This document shows, piece after piece, positions 27,477 to 41,676 of a DNA stretch of 64,000 nt (position 1 is the first letter of the stretch; each line of letters opens with the position of its first letter). This DNA comes from Rhizophagus irregularis (lineage: Eukaryota), in contig NC_089431.1 of assembly GCF_026210795.1 (NCBI RefSeq), positions 1,116,001 through 1,180,000 of the forward strand, read 5' to 3'. Under the pieces are notes generated by a model, which saw only the letters and a list, made by a program, of their open reading frames with translations, did no database searches and was not told the origin of the DNA. Position numbers and translations under genes: made by a program.

Positions 27477-28720
27477 GTCACGAATCTGAAATAGAAGATC
27501 TTAGGCGAAAAAATGCGGAATTGCGGGTAAAGCTCAAGAATGCATTGGAAGCGTCATCATTAAAAGAAGAAGGGCATGAAAGCTCTTAGTATTTCAAAAG
27601 ATGCCGATATATCAATCTAGCAAAACTGTCTATATATCTAGCAGCCAACTGTTATATATAGGTAATATCGTAGAAAAATGAAATTTAGCACGTCGAATGA
27701 CTTACATTTATTTGCTTAATTATAAATTTAGCTCATCGAATAATTATAGTATGTATATACTACTTAATCGTCAAAAAATTTCAAATAAAAAATTATAATT
27801 TCTTTAATATTAATAAATATTTTAATGTTCGTTCGTTTGTCCCCGCCCCGATAACGCCCCTGTAATTGATAAATAATTTGATCAAGAAATACGATTTAGG
27901 ACTCTAGGGGAGGGGATAGATTGATTAGATTAATTGTTAGTCAGTTGATGTTACTACGCTATTAAGAGGAAAAAAATCAATTAAATGAAGTGATTCAAGT
28001 GTTTTTATGCAAAAATAAATCGGAGTAACATTTATAATGGCTTTAGAATACTGTAACTTTTATAATACACTTGAGGAAAAAATGTAATTAGAAATTTAGA
28101 ATGTTGAAAGAAAAATTGTCAAAACATTAAAAAATTTTAAAACATCAAAAAATTCGGGGAATAAAGTTCATCTCGTCCAATCAAAAGTGCAAGTGTTATT
28201 GTATACATAAGCTCAAGGAACGGATTCAGTAATGGATTAGCAAGCAAAAGTATTTTCACGATAACATTTATCGTAAATACAGTATATTATCGATATAAAT
28301 CAATCATTATTAAAACAATCATTATTAAATCAATCATTATTAAATCAATCATTATTAAATTATTTAAGACTATACCCATCAATACATTTTATTTTGAAGA
28401 TTTCTAATACATATTTTTATTTTTCATTTTTTAAAAATTTTTTTTGTCTAAAAGTTATAATTATTATAAAACAAAATTTAACGAGTTATATATTATTGAT
28501 AATCTAAGAACGATACGTAATTAAATAGGTATTTATGATATTTGTCAATTTGGAAATATATATATATAAAATAATTATATTTAAATAAATACAAAAATAT
28601 TTGCAAGGAAAAAAAAACATCGTGTTAAAAACGGGGGGAAAAAAATTACATGTTCTAAAATGTTTTTTTTTTACGATAAAACTTCTCTCCCCTTTTGAAG
28701 TCCCAACCTCATTTTTTTTT

Positions 28721-30802
28721 TTAAGCTGCTTGTTGAAGTAAAACTTGAACACCACTAACAGGAGGTGCATCTCCATTAAAAACGTATATATAAGAAGGAC
28801 CAGGAGAAATTATTGTAGGATTTGGAGGTAATTTAATAGTTAAAATATATTGATCAGCAGCTGATGAATCGGCCCAAAAGTTTGTAATTTCAAGATAAAC
28901 ATAACGTTGACTGAAATTTTGTGAATGTGTGATGAAACCATGATGTATAATACAAGCTTTCAAAACTGGTTGGTTACCACCATCAGATTTAACTTGTATA
29001 ACCATAGTGACTTCTTGGCCATAACTTACAGGAATTCTGTTTTCATTAATTGGGGAAGTTTGAAGAGAAATAATATTTGGACGAGGAGTTGATGAATAAA
29101 GATAAGGTGGATAGAAAATTTCAACACGATATCTAATGGGAGAAAAAAAAAAAAAAAAATGATTAGAATTTTTTTAATTACCGTAAAAACACACACTATA
29201 AAATATTAAAAAAGTTAACTCACTCAGTGGAATATTTAACATTAAGAGAGACGCTACCCTGTGGATTACTTCCGGCAATAAGTACAGATCCATCAGGTAT
29301 TAAAGTAGAAACAGAGTGATACATTCTGGGTATAGTGGAAGCAGCAAGAGTTTTATACGTTTTAGCAAATGGATCATAAAGGAATGGAGTAAACACGGGA
29401 TTTTCATTGACCCATAAAGCGTTAGCGCCTCCACCTTTACGATAACCAGCGAAACCAGTTGCAGCACCATTAACAAACAAGATGGACCCATCCACTAAAA
29501 AGGTAGCATCAGGCATAACACGTCCTTGACCACCGAATTCATCCATTTCCCATGCAGCATTTGGTGTAGTTAATTCCAATCTACCACAAGAAGCTTCAGC
29601 TGGTGATGTAAGTTCATAAACTTTATTACCACCACAAATCATGACAGTTGGTTTATAATAATCCGTAGGGTCAAGTGGTATAATAATAGAAGTTCCAGTT
29701 AATGGATATGAACGAATACCACCTGGAATTTTTGGATATGTTGTAATAGTTGTACCGGTGTCAAGATCATAAGCAATTCCATTTTGATTCGCAAATATGA
29801 AAAGTTGAGTTTTTCCTTCATAATTTGGAATTACATGTACCATTGGATAAAGATTATATGGTAAAAGGGAACTTAAGAAAGGAAAAGCAGTGTCTGTCAA
29901 AGGACCACCATTTGGAGGTGGAAAGATTGTGTAAGTTGGATTATCAATTTCAGCTCTATTAACACCTGTAGCAGCAGTTGAACCTCCTAGAATCATTACA
30001 TTTCCGTTAGGTAAGGTTACCATAGCTGGATACCATCTATTTGATGGAACAATTCCTTCTAATTCAACCCAATCTCCAACGGATGGATCATATAAACGAA
30101 GCGTTTGTATACCACTACGATAATTTGCATCTCCTTTATCACCTCCCGCTTCAACCAAAGTTCCATTCCCTAACCATGAACCTGATGAACAAAATGTATT
30201 TGTGTAAATTCCAAGTGGTTTAGCTGTATTTGTATCTAAATCATATTCTGATGATAACGCGGAAAGCCCATCAGGTCTCTTCAACGCATTATTTTCAACT
30301 AATTTAAAATGTAAGGGAAGAAAAGAAAAAAAAAAGAAAAATAAATAAGTAAATAAAATTAATAAAATTAATAAAATTAATAATTTTACAAACAAAATAA
30401 ATATGAAAAATTTACGTTTGTCTACAAATACTACTTTTCTAGGAGATACCAAGACAGCATGCATGGCATTGACTCCGGACCTAATGTACAAAAAAAAAAA
30501 AAAAAAATTGTAAGTATTATGATATGCAACTTTGTATACACATATTATTACAGTTACAAATAAACACTTGCTTTCCAACAATTTTAAAAGCTCCAAGCGT
30601 TGAACCTGGATCTTGGCGTGCTGTAAGAAGGAAAGAATCATAAAATTTAATAAAATGTACAGAATCAAATATGCGCAATCAAGGAAAATTAGCTGATTAG
30701 ACTATTACCTTGTAATGCAGGTAATGCATTTACGTTTGTTTTGTCATTTAGTAAAATCAATCCTCCAAAGAGGAATGCAAATAAAACTAATTTAACATTC
30801 AT
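28721..30802 (-). CDS. Secreted copper radical oxidase (glyoxal oxidase-like, CAZy AA5), 564 aa; exons 30802-30709, 30620-30572, 30480-30416, 30298-29224, 29132-28721
   Basis: Signal-peptide-like MNVKLVLFAFLFGGLILL. Motifs NTFCSSG (crosslink Cys), RWYP, YNLYP (Tyr), PRMYHS (Tyr/His ligands), EYRVEIFYPPYL and GFITHS (His ligand). Exons total 1695 nt when intron 2 uses a GC donor. Confidence 0.92.
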
Positions 30803-33800
30803 GTTGTTCACAACAAAATTATTATTATATTATTATTTATTATTTATTATAAAATAATTAAGAAAGGAAGAACAATTTCTCCTGTCTATCAAAAGAAGAA
30901 AAAAAAAAAGAAAAAAACACTTTTGGGTGGGTTATTTTATATTCATTTTTTTTTTTTAAAATAGGCTATAAATAAATAAAAAAAAATAGATATTCAATTT
31001 ATAGAAAACACAGAATTTATATTATTATTTACTTATGTACGCCTGTCGTTCCTTGTTTTTTATTGTATCAATAAAAAATAATAGAATAATAATAATAAAA
31101 TAATAATAAATTAATGAGACATTTTTTGAAATATTATATTAGTAGGAACAAAAAAAAAAATTCTCACAACGTATATGATAAGTTACTTTGTATAGATTTA
31201 AACAGTTAAGTTGATGTTCACGAGATTTACTTATCAATGATTTTGTACATCGTTTCACAACACGTCTTTTATATATTTTCCAAAAGTAATGAAATACCAA
31301 ATTTTTGTTAACGTTATCTCCGAAACACAACTTTATCTCAGTTATATATTTTAGAATACTTTATTATTACTTCTAAAATTAGATGAGACTTTTAAACCTT
31401 GTTACAGGACATTACTTTTCCACATTATAAGTTTTTTTTTTAAAAAAAAATATAATTCTTTTGACGGAATAATTTCCCCTACTTTATTATGTACGGCAAA
31501 TATATCTCAAATGCATCCTTATTTCCTTAATAAAAAATTTTGCAAAAAAAAATTATTTTTGGTCGCCACATGTTATCATCTTTGGTTTTAGTGTTACAGG
31601 AAATATCCCGTTTATTCTCTTTAACTTGGTTTTACTCGTTTTAAAAAAAAAAAATTACTAAAAATGTTTAATGTTGTTTAAAATGTCAAAAATAAGATAT
31701 ACTGACGAATTTATTTATTCTATTTTTAAATTTGTCGATGAAATGTATTTTGTTGTTGAATAATTTTGGAATTTCTATTAATAGAAACCATTTTTTTTAT
31801 AAAAAAAACCATGACCTTCAAAGAAACTTAAAAAAATTTGCATATCTTTTAGCCAAAAAAATTATACTTACACAATTCGGAAATATGTTCTCCATATAAA
31901 ATAAACACTATAAAAATATTTACAATCACATAAAAAAAAACAATCATTTTTTTTAAAATAGGTACAACCATCAAATATAAATTTTAATTCGTCGAAAAAG
32001 ATTTCACATGGGTTAAACATTTTTACTACCTTAATTTATCATTGGTAACATTATTATTATTCGAAAAGTAGAACAAGTGAAATATTTATTCATGCCGCAG
32101 TAATTCTGTATATATAAAGTACTATAAGTTCGCTTTTTTTTTTTTCTATACCGTACACATGGAAATGAAAGTATCATTATTATAATTATCATCATTTTTT
32201 TCATAGTAAATTCTTTTGGGGCTTTTTTGTTATTTATGATTGAGAAAGAAAAAAGTTAAAAGAAATTTTCTTAAAAGAAATTCTCAAAGAACCTTCTATA
32301 ATTAGCGCATCATCTATATATATATATATATTATATATAATTATTATATAATTATATTTTAACGATAAAGGGAAAAGATAATAATGAGATGATTTTTTCA
32401 TTTAAATTATCCGAAAAAAGTTAATCTTTGGACGACGACAAATCATACTTTTACATCGATCTTATGAATTCGAGTGGCTCATGCGTTATGTCTAATAGAT
32501 TTTTTTTACATTTTTTTTTAAAAAGTGATTTTTTATGAAAAATTTAATTGTTATTTTTCTTGGCAAAAAGAAAATAAATTTGGGTTATCGTTCTTAATAT
32601 ATTGTTGTGTGACGACGTGTAATTATTAAGTAATGAGGGGGGTTGGGTCACGAACTCACGATTGATTATGAAAAATAAGAAAATTGAATTAATTCTTTAC
32701 GAAATAAAATGATGAATGACAAAAATGGGCTAAGTTCAAACGCATTGCATTACATTACATAATTTTTTTTTTTTATTAAAGCAATAATTTAATGTAGTAC
32801 AAATCTCTAAACTTGGTTAAAATTTTAATTAAAAGGCGGAAGAAAAATTATCAAGAAAAGGTTTGTGTTGCAAGCGTACAAGATATATTAAATTTTAACA
32901 GGTTAAAAAAAGTTCATTCTTTTAAAGGTTTATATTATATTAATATTTACAAATTTTTAAATTTCGGATATCAAAACTTTTTCAAAAATGGTCGCTAACT
33001 GTTAAATCAGGAAGGTGTTTAATTAAGTATTTGTTACAGTTTTAATAGTGTCACTTTCCTCGAAATAAGGTATATTCAATGCCCCCTTAGCTGTAAATTG
33101 AGAGTTGCATATGGCATGGTGCATTAACGAATAAAAATTGAATCTTTTTATTTGTACATCGTATGACTACCATTCACGTGGTTTGAATCTATTGGAAATG
33201 TATGATTTTAAAGATTTTACAACTTTCAAGATTTTATCTACATTACTATAACATTCTTGGTTAAATTCTCAAAGAATCATATTTATTATTATTATTATTA
33301 TTATGAAAAAAAGATCTTTGTCTCCCTTCTAAATTATCATATGATATAAAATCATCCCACAAATTATCCCCATCGATTTATATGTATAAGCATCCCTATT
33401 TTTTTTAGATTCGGTCCAATCTAATTTTGGTTCAATTAAGTCATACTATAATTAGTAAGTTATATTTATCGCATACTGGCTTATTATCAATATTTTGCCA
33501 TTTAAAGTTATTTTTTTTTTCATGTACGATCAATAATAGTAATTTGATTTAGGCTTATATTTTTTTTTGAGTCATCTCAGATTTTTTTTAACTGTTAAAT
33601 TTGTATCGCAAATAATTCCTCCTGTAAGAAGCGTCATTTTTTTTCCGATAAATGCGGTATAACTCACGGAATTTTTAGGCTTGTTCCGACCATGCATACA
33701 ACGGAAATATTCGGATACAGGGGCCGGTCCAAAAAAAAAAAAATAATATTCTTTTTTTTGATTTTTTTTTTGATTTTTTTTTAAAAAAAACAAAATTCTA

Positions 33801-36317
33801 AAATTGGGTGAAATATTTTTAAATCAAATACTAAGAAATTGTGAAAAATTTAACTAGCTAAAATTACATTGAGAAAATCAAATTTGTACTGTATTTTTAG
33901 ACATTATTTTTAAGAATTTAATTTCCAGGTTTCGAATATCAACATTTTGTGTAAATAAAAATTATTAAAAAATTATTAAATCTTTTTTTTTTTCAAATGT
34001 ACATTAATTATCTTTGTCACAAAATTTTCACAAAATTTTCATAAAATTTTCATATTTTTTTTAGCATTCTTTATAAAAAGTTTTTTTTAAAAAAAATATC
34101 AAATATTTTTAATCTGATAATCTAAAGTTAACGTTTAACAAGTACAATTATGTAGTAAATACGACAATAACATTAAAATGAAGAAAAAAGCCAAGAAATT
34201 TATGGCAAAATTCTATTGAATATCAGGTAAAAAAATTTATTGTTGATGTTAGATAATAATACATATTTATGTTTATTATGAAAGAAGGTTTTTTGGTAAA
34301 ATTTAAAGAATTTATTCGTTATTAAGACATTAAAATAAAAAGAATAGGTAAAGGATTTCAAATAAACAAAATCGCATTGAAAAAATTTGGATAATTCTTC
34401 AGACATAGTATAAATCCTTTACATATCTAAATGATACTTTGCATTAATTAGAAAACGTTATTAGATGGAGTCCTTTTTGTTAAACTCTTTTTTAATGACG
34501 TGATGCTGCGGATGTGTATAACGCATGATTTCGTGAAAGATAAAAAAATACTTATAAAAAATTGTCGGCGTAATTATGAAATATATTACACCAAATTTTT
34601 GTTTCAAGATTATTTCGGCATGGTTTGAACCTAATTCACCCCATGTATACATTTTAAAATAGATCATTTTATTACGGGATTATTTTGATCTTTAAATAGA
34701 TGGAATAATAATTGGAATAAATAAAGTTGTTCAGTTGATTATGAATATGTAGATTTTTTTATCGTCTTTCAGGTAAATGTTTAATTTTAATCGCAAAAAA
34801 AAAAAATATTATCACGCAGAACCCGAACACAAGCTGAAAGTGAAGGTTAAGAAATCGGAGGTGCATCGGTAGTTTATCTTAACATATTCTATTAATTATT
34901 TCATTATTATGTTATTCAAATTTTATAGATTTAAAATTTTAAATGAATCAGATAAAAGTTAATGCTTTGGCGATATATTTTCAAAATATTATTTTATCAT
35001 CCTTAAAATTACAACTGTTAATTGTTATATCTATTATACCAATTACATAAAAATAAAAAATAAAAATTCGCAGGTTTCATTAAAATTATTACCATTGATC
35101 AGATTCCTTTTGGTTAGTGTTATAATATGAATAGATCTCCGATATATGTATAGACAAGTCAGGGGACATTAAAATTTTTTACAAATGTCTGTACACAGGG
35201 GTTTTAATAAGATCGGTACCTAACCACAAACTAATCCCCTGACGATTGTTTCATTTAGTCGTACAAAATGCAAGACAACTAGTGTATTCATTTGCGAACA
35301 ATTATTAACATGGTGGTCAAGACGATAATCTTTCCAATTTTTGATTTTTTACCACTACTTTCTTAGGAGTCCACCTTTAGACCTGTTGGGTCAATAAATG
35401 GATGATCGGATGTATAACACAAGCAACATATTTATTATATTTCCAACATGCTGTGATATATTTTGCAATTATGCAAATCAATAAATTTATTTCCCTCCGC
35501 CAAGTATACGCAATACAAACCCCCTTTAAAAAATCAATTAAAAATAAATTAACAACATGACTTTGATGATTTTCTGTGTTTCACGGAAATCACAGAATAG
35601 GGTTATAAAAATGATATTAATTTTCGCCTGATTTAGGATGCAATCATCATAATGCTGGCTGCCATTAAGTTTGGCCAGAATTTGTGAATCGTAATGTTGG
35701 CCGACCTTGCATAATTCACAGAATTTCACATAACTTTTATCACACGCAGAATTCATCCTTAATCACCGCAGAAAATCATCCTCCCTGCTTAGGTCAAAAT
35801 CTAACCCGTAGAATATTTCTATAACGGCGACTCAATAATTCCTACCTCTACGTATATATTTCGGGTCCTATATGAATCACTTCAAAAATTTAAATGCAGC
35901 ATATTTTTGATTGCCGCGGGAACTAATATCACGTGAACATTTGCAATGAATTTAATATCAAAGAATTGATTCTCTTGGATTGCTGGTAAATTCATCTGAA
36001 GTTGATGGCACATTCTCTTAACTATCGATGAAGTAATCGATTGAGGTGATGCAGAAAATTTAGACCACAGTCTTAACGCTTGCAGTTGCAATTAGCGACA
36101 GAACAGTTGTTTTGATGTGTAAGTAGGAAATTTTCCTCGAAGCATCCTATGACGCTAGTAAGTCTGGTAAATTATTAATTTCGTGTTATAAATACTTCTA
36201 CCTCTGTTTCTACGCCACTTCTAGCCATTGAACGTCTTGCATTAGTAGACAACAGCACAGTACAGCAAACGTACTATAATTCTCTTCAGGAATTTCACCG
36301 CTCCATTTCGCTCACTA

Positions 36318-36500
36318 CCTTACAAAAAAATTTTATTCATTATTTCTGTAAAAACTCCGTAAAAATGAGTCTTTCCCGGATCTATTCACGGAAAATATAA
36401 ATAATTCGATTAATTCCGTGATATAAGGTTATTAATTCCAGAAATGTGTCTTTTACGGAAAAAGATGGAAGATAAAAAACGGATCGACTTTTTTACAGGG
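36318..36500. mobile_element. CMC/CACTA-like MITE (CCCTGTAAAAAA-type ends), family of 4305-4488
   Basis: The left end ccttacaaaaaaattttattcattatttctgtaaaaactccgt matches the reverse complement of ~4446-4488. The right end is TTTTTTACAGGG. Confidence 0.6.
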
Positions 36501-36504
36501 CTAA

Positions 36505-36870
36505 CGAACTTGATTCCACAACTTGGTGAAGAAATACGGGACGAGTAGATTATGCAATCAAGGTTCTCGATGAATTACTAGTTTGTATTCCTGAAAACAA
36601 GCAGCATACTGTTGCCATCTGTTTTATCCAAAATGTCTTACAATGTGAAAATGTACTCCAAGCGTAGCGTTTGAAGAGGACTTTGATTACCTTTATGGAA
36701 TATCATAACGACAACAGAGTGATATTTTTTACTTTACAGATCTGATGGGATTTAATGTACGAGTAAAATCCACTCAATATCAAGTTTTCCGAAGTTGCTT
36801 TGATAGAAGATTCGGAAGAGGATTTGAAGTTACATAAAAAGTGGAACGGGTTTTGGAGGTTATCATTGCC
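36505..36870 (+). pseudogene. Degraded PD-(D/E)XK nuclease-like (Crinkler/REase-type) coding fragment
   Basis: Broken frames read GRVDYAIKVLDELLVCIPENKQH, FEEDFDYLYGI, TTTE*YFLLY and PLNIKFSEVALIEDSEEDLKLHKK/VERVLEVII. The D...ExK spacing is typical of REase folds. The family call is from recognition only. Confidence 0.55.
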
Positions 36871-37285
36871 AGGCCCCCATTCAAAAGAAACAACGCTAGC
36901 CCGCAGCTTTATAGTATAGAACTCCATGTAAGATGAATAGTCTGCGCCATGTGAGCTTCGTTCGGATTTTGAATAGTAGCCAAATTATTAAAGGTCAACA
37001 ATATTGAAGATTATGAATTGTACTATAATTTAATGTTTGTATTATTATGGTGTAGTTCGCCACAAAAATTTGGCCGCAAGTGTAATTACTATTCTTATTC
37101 AAGACCTGTCGATTAATTCCTGTCTATTGTTAGTATTCTGATTCAATTTTTTATTAAAGATTCTTAATTTTTTGTAATACATAAGGTAATGAATAAATTA
37201 AAAAACAAGTGATGTAAAAAAAAAAATTTATAAAAAAATATATAAGGATTTTTGAAGTGATTTTTTTTTACACCATAATTTAATT

Positions 37286-39147
37286 TTAAACTTCCGATTT
37301 TTTCTTTTCTTTTTCTTTTTTCTCTTTATAAAAATGATCTTCGTTGGATAATTCTTCAAGTGACAAACCTTTTGTTTCGGGTAATAACAGGGTGAATAAA
37401 CCACCAATAAACATCCATGCTGCAAAGATTATAAGCAATCGACCCACAAATGCGTCCGCTCCACCAATGTCTTTAAGTTTTGAAAATCCAACTTGAGCAA
37501 CAATTGCACCAAGTTTTCCGGACGCTGCTGATATACCATGACCAGTTGACCGATAGCGCGTTGGAAAAACTTCTCCCGGTACAATAAATGTTGTTGTGTT
37601 TGGACCGAAATTTTGAAAGAACTAGCGAAAAATGATTTAGGTATTTAGTTTTTTCGCTTTGATTTGTCCAAATCGGCAAGATTGCGCTCCAACTCAGTTT
37701 TTGTGGAAATAAAAAATAAATAAATAAATAAATAAATACCTGCAACAATACGAATAAGACGATAAATGCAGGAATAGAATGTTCCTTCAGTTGTTCAAAA
37801 GAGGCGCCCATAGCAATAAAGAGTGCAGTAAGGACACCAAAACCCATAAATTGAATAGGCTTTCGACCCCATTTATCTACCAATAATACGGTAACCCAAT
37901 AACCAGGAATGGTACCCATAATTGTAATGATAATATTACCAATTGCCATATTTTTAAGTGAATTATAAGCCCTTAAATTATAATCAGCATCTTTAGCATC
38001 CGAGTAGCCAATTGCACTTAGAATAATCGCGTTGTTAAGACCAATTCCATAAAAAGCAATATCCAGTGCGAACCATGACATGGAAGTACCTAATAAAACT
38101 TTTCCATTATACCATTTTCCGAAATAATTAAAGAAATCAGACCAACTTGCTTTTGGTACATGATATTCAGATGATGTATCATCATCGTGATTGTAATTAT
38201 CATTATGATCGTTATTGTCGTTATGATTGTTATGATCGTTATTGTCGTTATGATTATTATCGTTATTATTGTCATGATCATTTTTATCGTTATTGTGTGA
38301 TTCATTAGCTTTTTTCTGCAAATAGGATGTAATATCTGTAGACGCTTTCATTAGATTTCTTTCAACTTCCATTGTATATCGTGGCGTTTCTGGAATAGTG
38401 AGACGAAAGTAGAGAGCGAGTAAACCAGGTACGGCTCCCAAACCAAGTATCAAACGCCAGCAGTAATCAATTACCATAACATTATGAATGATGCCATTCC
38501 TGAAAGCTGCTAATACAATAAGTGCTACAAGACCTGCTGCGAATATTCCGAATCCCTGCATAGCAAACACAGCGGCCATCATTGCGCCTCTTCTTTTTTT
38601 GGTTGCAAACTCTGAGGTAATTATTGACGAAAGTGGATAGTCACCACCAATACCGATACCCATGATTACACGCCAAATCATGATTGTAGCGGTTACTGAA
38701 ATAGCATAACTTTCACCGCATAATGCTGAAGCCACTGTTGCAACAATAATAATCATCAATTCAATTCCATACATCTAAAATGTAAAATAGAACCAAATTT
38801 AAACTGAAATTTAAGTTTTCTCCATCCTCATCACACTTTTCTCACATCATTTTATTTACCTTTTTTCGTCCGAGTACGTCAGCCAACCAGCCGAAAAGTA
38901 ATTGGCCTATTAAGTTTCCAATGGAGGCCGACACTTTCAAACCCAAGTCGATATTAGCGGGTATCTTGCCGTTATAATAGACATATCCGATCATAGTAGA
39001 GGCGAAATTGATAGCAAACAGATCGTATGCATCCATAAAAAATCCAGTACCAGCTACTAAGCACGCACGAACATGATACCAACCAAATTTTGCATCATCA
39101 ATCTCCTTGAGAGCTGCTCGACGTTTTTCTATTAAATCAGTCGGCAT
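37286..39147 (-). CDS. PHO84: H+/phosphate symporter, MFS PHS family (Pho84/PHT1-like), 552 aa; exons 39147-38860, 38774-37740, 37621-37286
   Basis: Signature [17 protein letters not shown], plus [78 protein letters not shown] and [13 protein letters not shown]. Two phase-0 GT-AG introns. The symbol denotes homology, not orthology. Confidence 0.95.
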
Positions 39148-41130
39148 TATGTAAAAGTGTTAATTATTTAGAGAAAAGGAATGAAAAAAAAAATGGAGAA
39201 AGGGCTTTTTTATTACTGAATTTAAATTATAATTACCAGGGTTGTAAAATTCCGAGTGAAATTAATTTGTAAATGATGATGAAATTATTTCAACAGCCCA
39301 ATATACCTTTGCTTTGAAAAAAGGAATGGTTATTTTAATATTAGGTAAAAAATTAAAAATTAATGTTCATATATGGCCTGGAACCGGCGTTAAGGGTAGG
39401 GGTCGTTACCAGGGTTTTGTCGATCCTCGAGATTATCCGGATAAATCACCATGTTAAGCTCAAAAAAAAAGTTATGGTAATTTTTTTATATTATCATCAT
39501 TTTGAATATTGTGAAATCATAATTTGATAAATATAATCTTTTTGATTTTTGCGAACAATTAGTAAGCTTTTACCATAAACGGTAAAAACAATTTTTTGTT
39601 TCAAATATGCAAAATTGAATTTTCCGTTCCCCGCGGAATTTCAAAAAACTTTCTTTGGTAACAAAACTCCGGTAGACAATAGAAAAAGAAATTTTTTACA
39701 CTTCCGTGAATACGATGGTGTTAAAATATAATGATATTGGAAGTTAAAAAAAAAGTTAAAAAAAAAAGTAGCTTTTTTTTCATTTAAAATAAGCCTTATA
39801 ATAAAATGACAATAATAATTTTTTTTTTCTTTTTTTTCAAAGAAATTTCGCCGTAATTATGATATAACTTGTTATACGCAAATGCAAAAAAAAAAATTCT
39901 ACCCATTTTATATATGCGTGACATTGTACGCATGTACGATCAACAAGACTTTCCATATTTAGATTAATGACATGATCTTTTTTAGGTTTGCAGATCCATA
40001 GATCTTTTAATTTATATTTTTTATAACGTAAAAATTTTTTAATTAAAATATACATAATATATATGCGCGTATAGTTAAAAAAATTATAAAGTTAAATTTA
40101 AATTCAAAAGTTAATTAATTAATTTGGCGAAACAGCATTGGTCGTTTATATTTAATGTAAATATAATAGAAATGTTGGAGAGTCTAAAGAGAAATTTCAA
40201 AAATTAGTTGTATGTCTAAATTAGTAATTGCAATTATGTCCGCGGTATGTAGTTATTTTTATGATGATTTCACTTGTAGACATTAAATTATTTAAATTGA
40301 ACAATTATTAAGATATAGTACATGTAATCGCGAGTTACCGTGTATTAACTATATATGTGAAAAAATTATGTCGCTTGCCGTGTCATATGAAAACAAATAA
40401 ATGCGGATAATATAGCAACCGATTTTTAGTGCAGAGATTGAAGGCAAATCTTTTTCAGCCATCATGTAAGATAAAATAAGATTTAGTAATTAGGATTTAT
40501 TTATTGAAAAAAAAAGGTTTCACAATCTTTCGATTATGGCAATGATAGAATGTGCTGTCAAAATTCTTGGATATGATTGGTGGGAATTATATCCTTCAGA
40601 TGTTACCCATATTTCCGAAACTCCGAAAATAATTCTATTTTATACTGTATATTTTACATATATATATATAAAGTGTAAATAAGTATACATCTAAAGTAAA
40701 TAATATTTATGATGTTGCAACTGTCATTAATGTAAACAGCACATCCTTTGCTAAATTTTGTTAATATGGAAATATGGACGAAACGGCAAAAGAAAAAAAA
40801 AGCCGAGAAATCTATGACAAAATGTTGATGGTGAATTGGTGATAAATATAGATAAATTCAATTTATTTTATTATCGAATATCCGTAATAATATTATTTAA
40901 AAGCATGTTACAATTTCTTTATTAATTCAGCTAACATAGAAGAATAGATAGAGTCAATTATACGGAAGATTTAAAAAAAAAGAAAAGTATATGATATATG
41001 TGGAGAATGTAATGAGTCTGTAGGAGAAAGATGGTGACAACCCTGTAATGCTAAAGATTTAAGAGAAATTTCTTGAATGAATACCTTTTGAAATTTTTTT
41101 AAAAATGTTATTATGTTACTAGAGGTGGCT

Positions 41131-41676
41131 AGGACCCAGAAATATATATATAGGGGTCAGGTGGCGAAAAATTTTTTTACTATGAGCTGTACGCAGAGAC
41201 TTTTTATATGAGTAGTACGCATAATTGACACCTGATATTGAAAATCCTGCAAAAATACGCAAATAAAATTTCAGACATTAAGTTATTAATTATTTTATCA
41301 TGGCTTCTCTATTATTTATAAAACCAAATACTAATGTGAAAAAATAGAATTTGCCATTTTTTCAATAATATTTTTCTAAAATTTCACTTTTAACCATTAG
41401 AAATTTCTTTCAATTAATACTAAATATTACAATGCAGTTAATTAAATAAGTACGTACAATAAAAATATTTTATATATAAGATTAGCCAAATTTAGGCCAA
41501 AAATACGCAAACTAATTTTTTACATATAAAAATTTTGATAAAAAATACGCAATCTTGATGACCTAACTATAGATGAAAAATTCTAAAATTGTACGCAAAT
41601 CAAAACTTTACTCTAATTCCACTATGATGGCGACGCATCTGTGTACCCTACCCCTGTATATATATTTCTGGGTCCT
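41131..41676. mobile_element. Non-autonomous TIR element (P-like/unclassified), 27-bp TIR, GGTGGCT duplication
   Basis: AGGACCCAGAAATATATATATAGGGGT ... ACCCCTGTATATATATTTCTGGGTCCT. GGTGGCT occurs at 41124-41130 and 41677-41683; the alternative reading is a 5-bp GTGGC TSD with YAGG ends. Confidence 0.85.

Noticed and set aside
30299..30668. Long hydrophobic N-terminal extension in the 482-aa ORF
   Set aside because: Read-through of introns (poly-T tracts); the spliced model explains the region better.
34560..34650. Similarity to 48985-49310 (ggcgtaat...attacaccaaa, ggyttgaacct)
   Set aside because: Probably a shared old repeat, but boundaries and TSD could not be defined.
38090..38305. Ile/Thr-rich ORF overlapping the transporter
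   Set aside because: Alternative frame of the N/D/H microsatellite.
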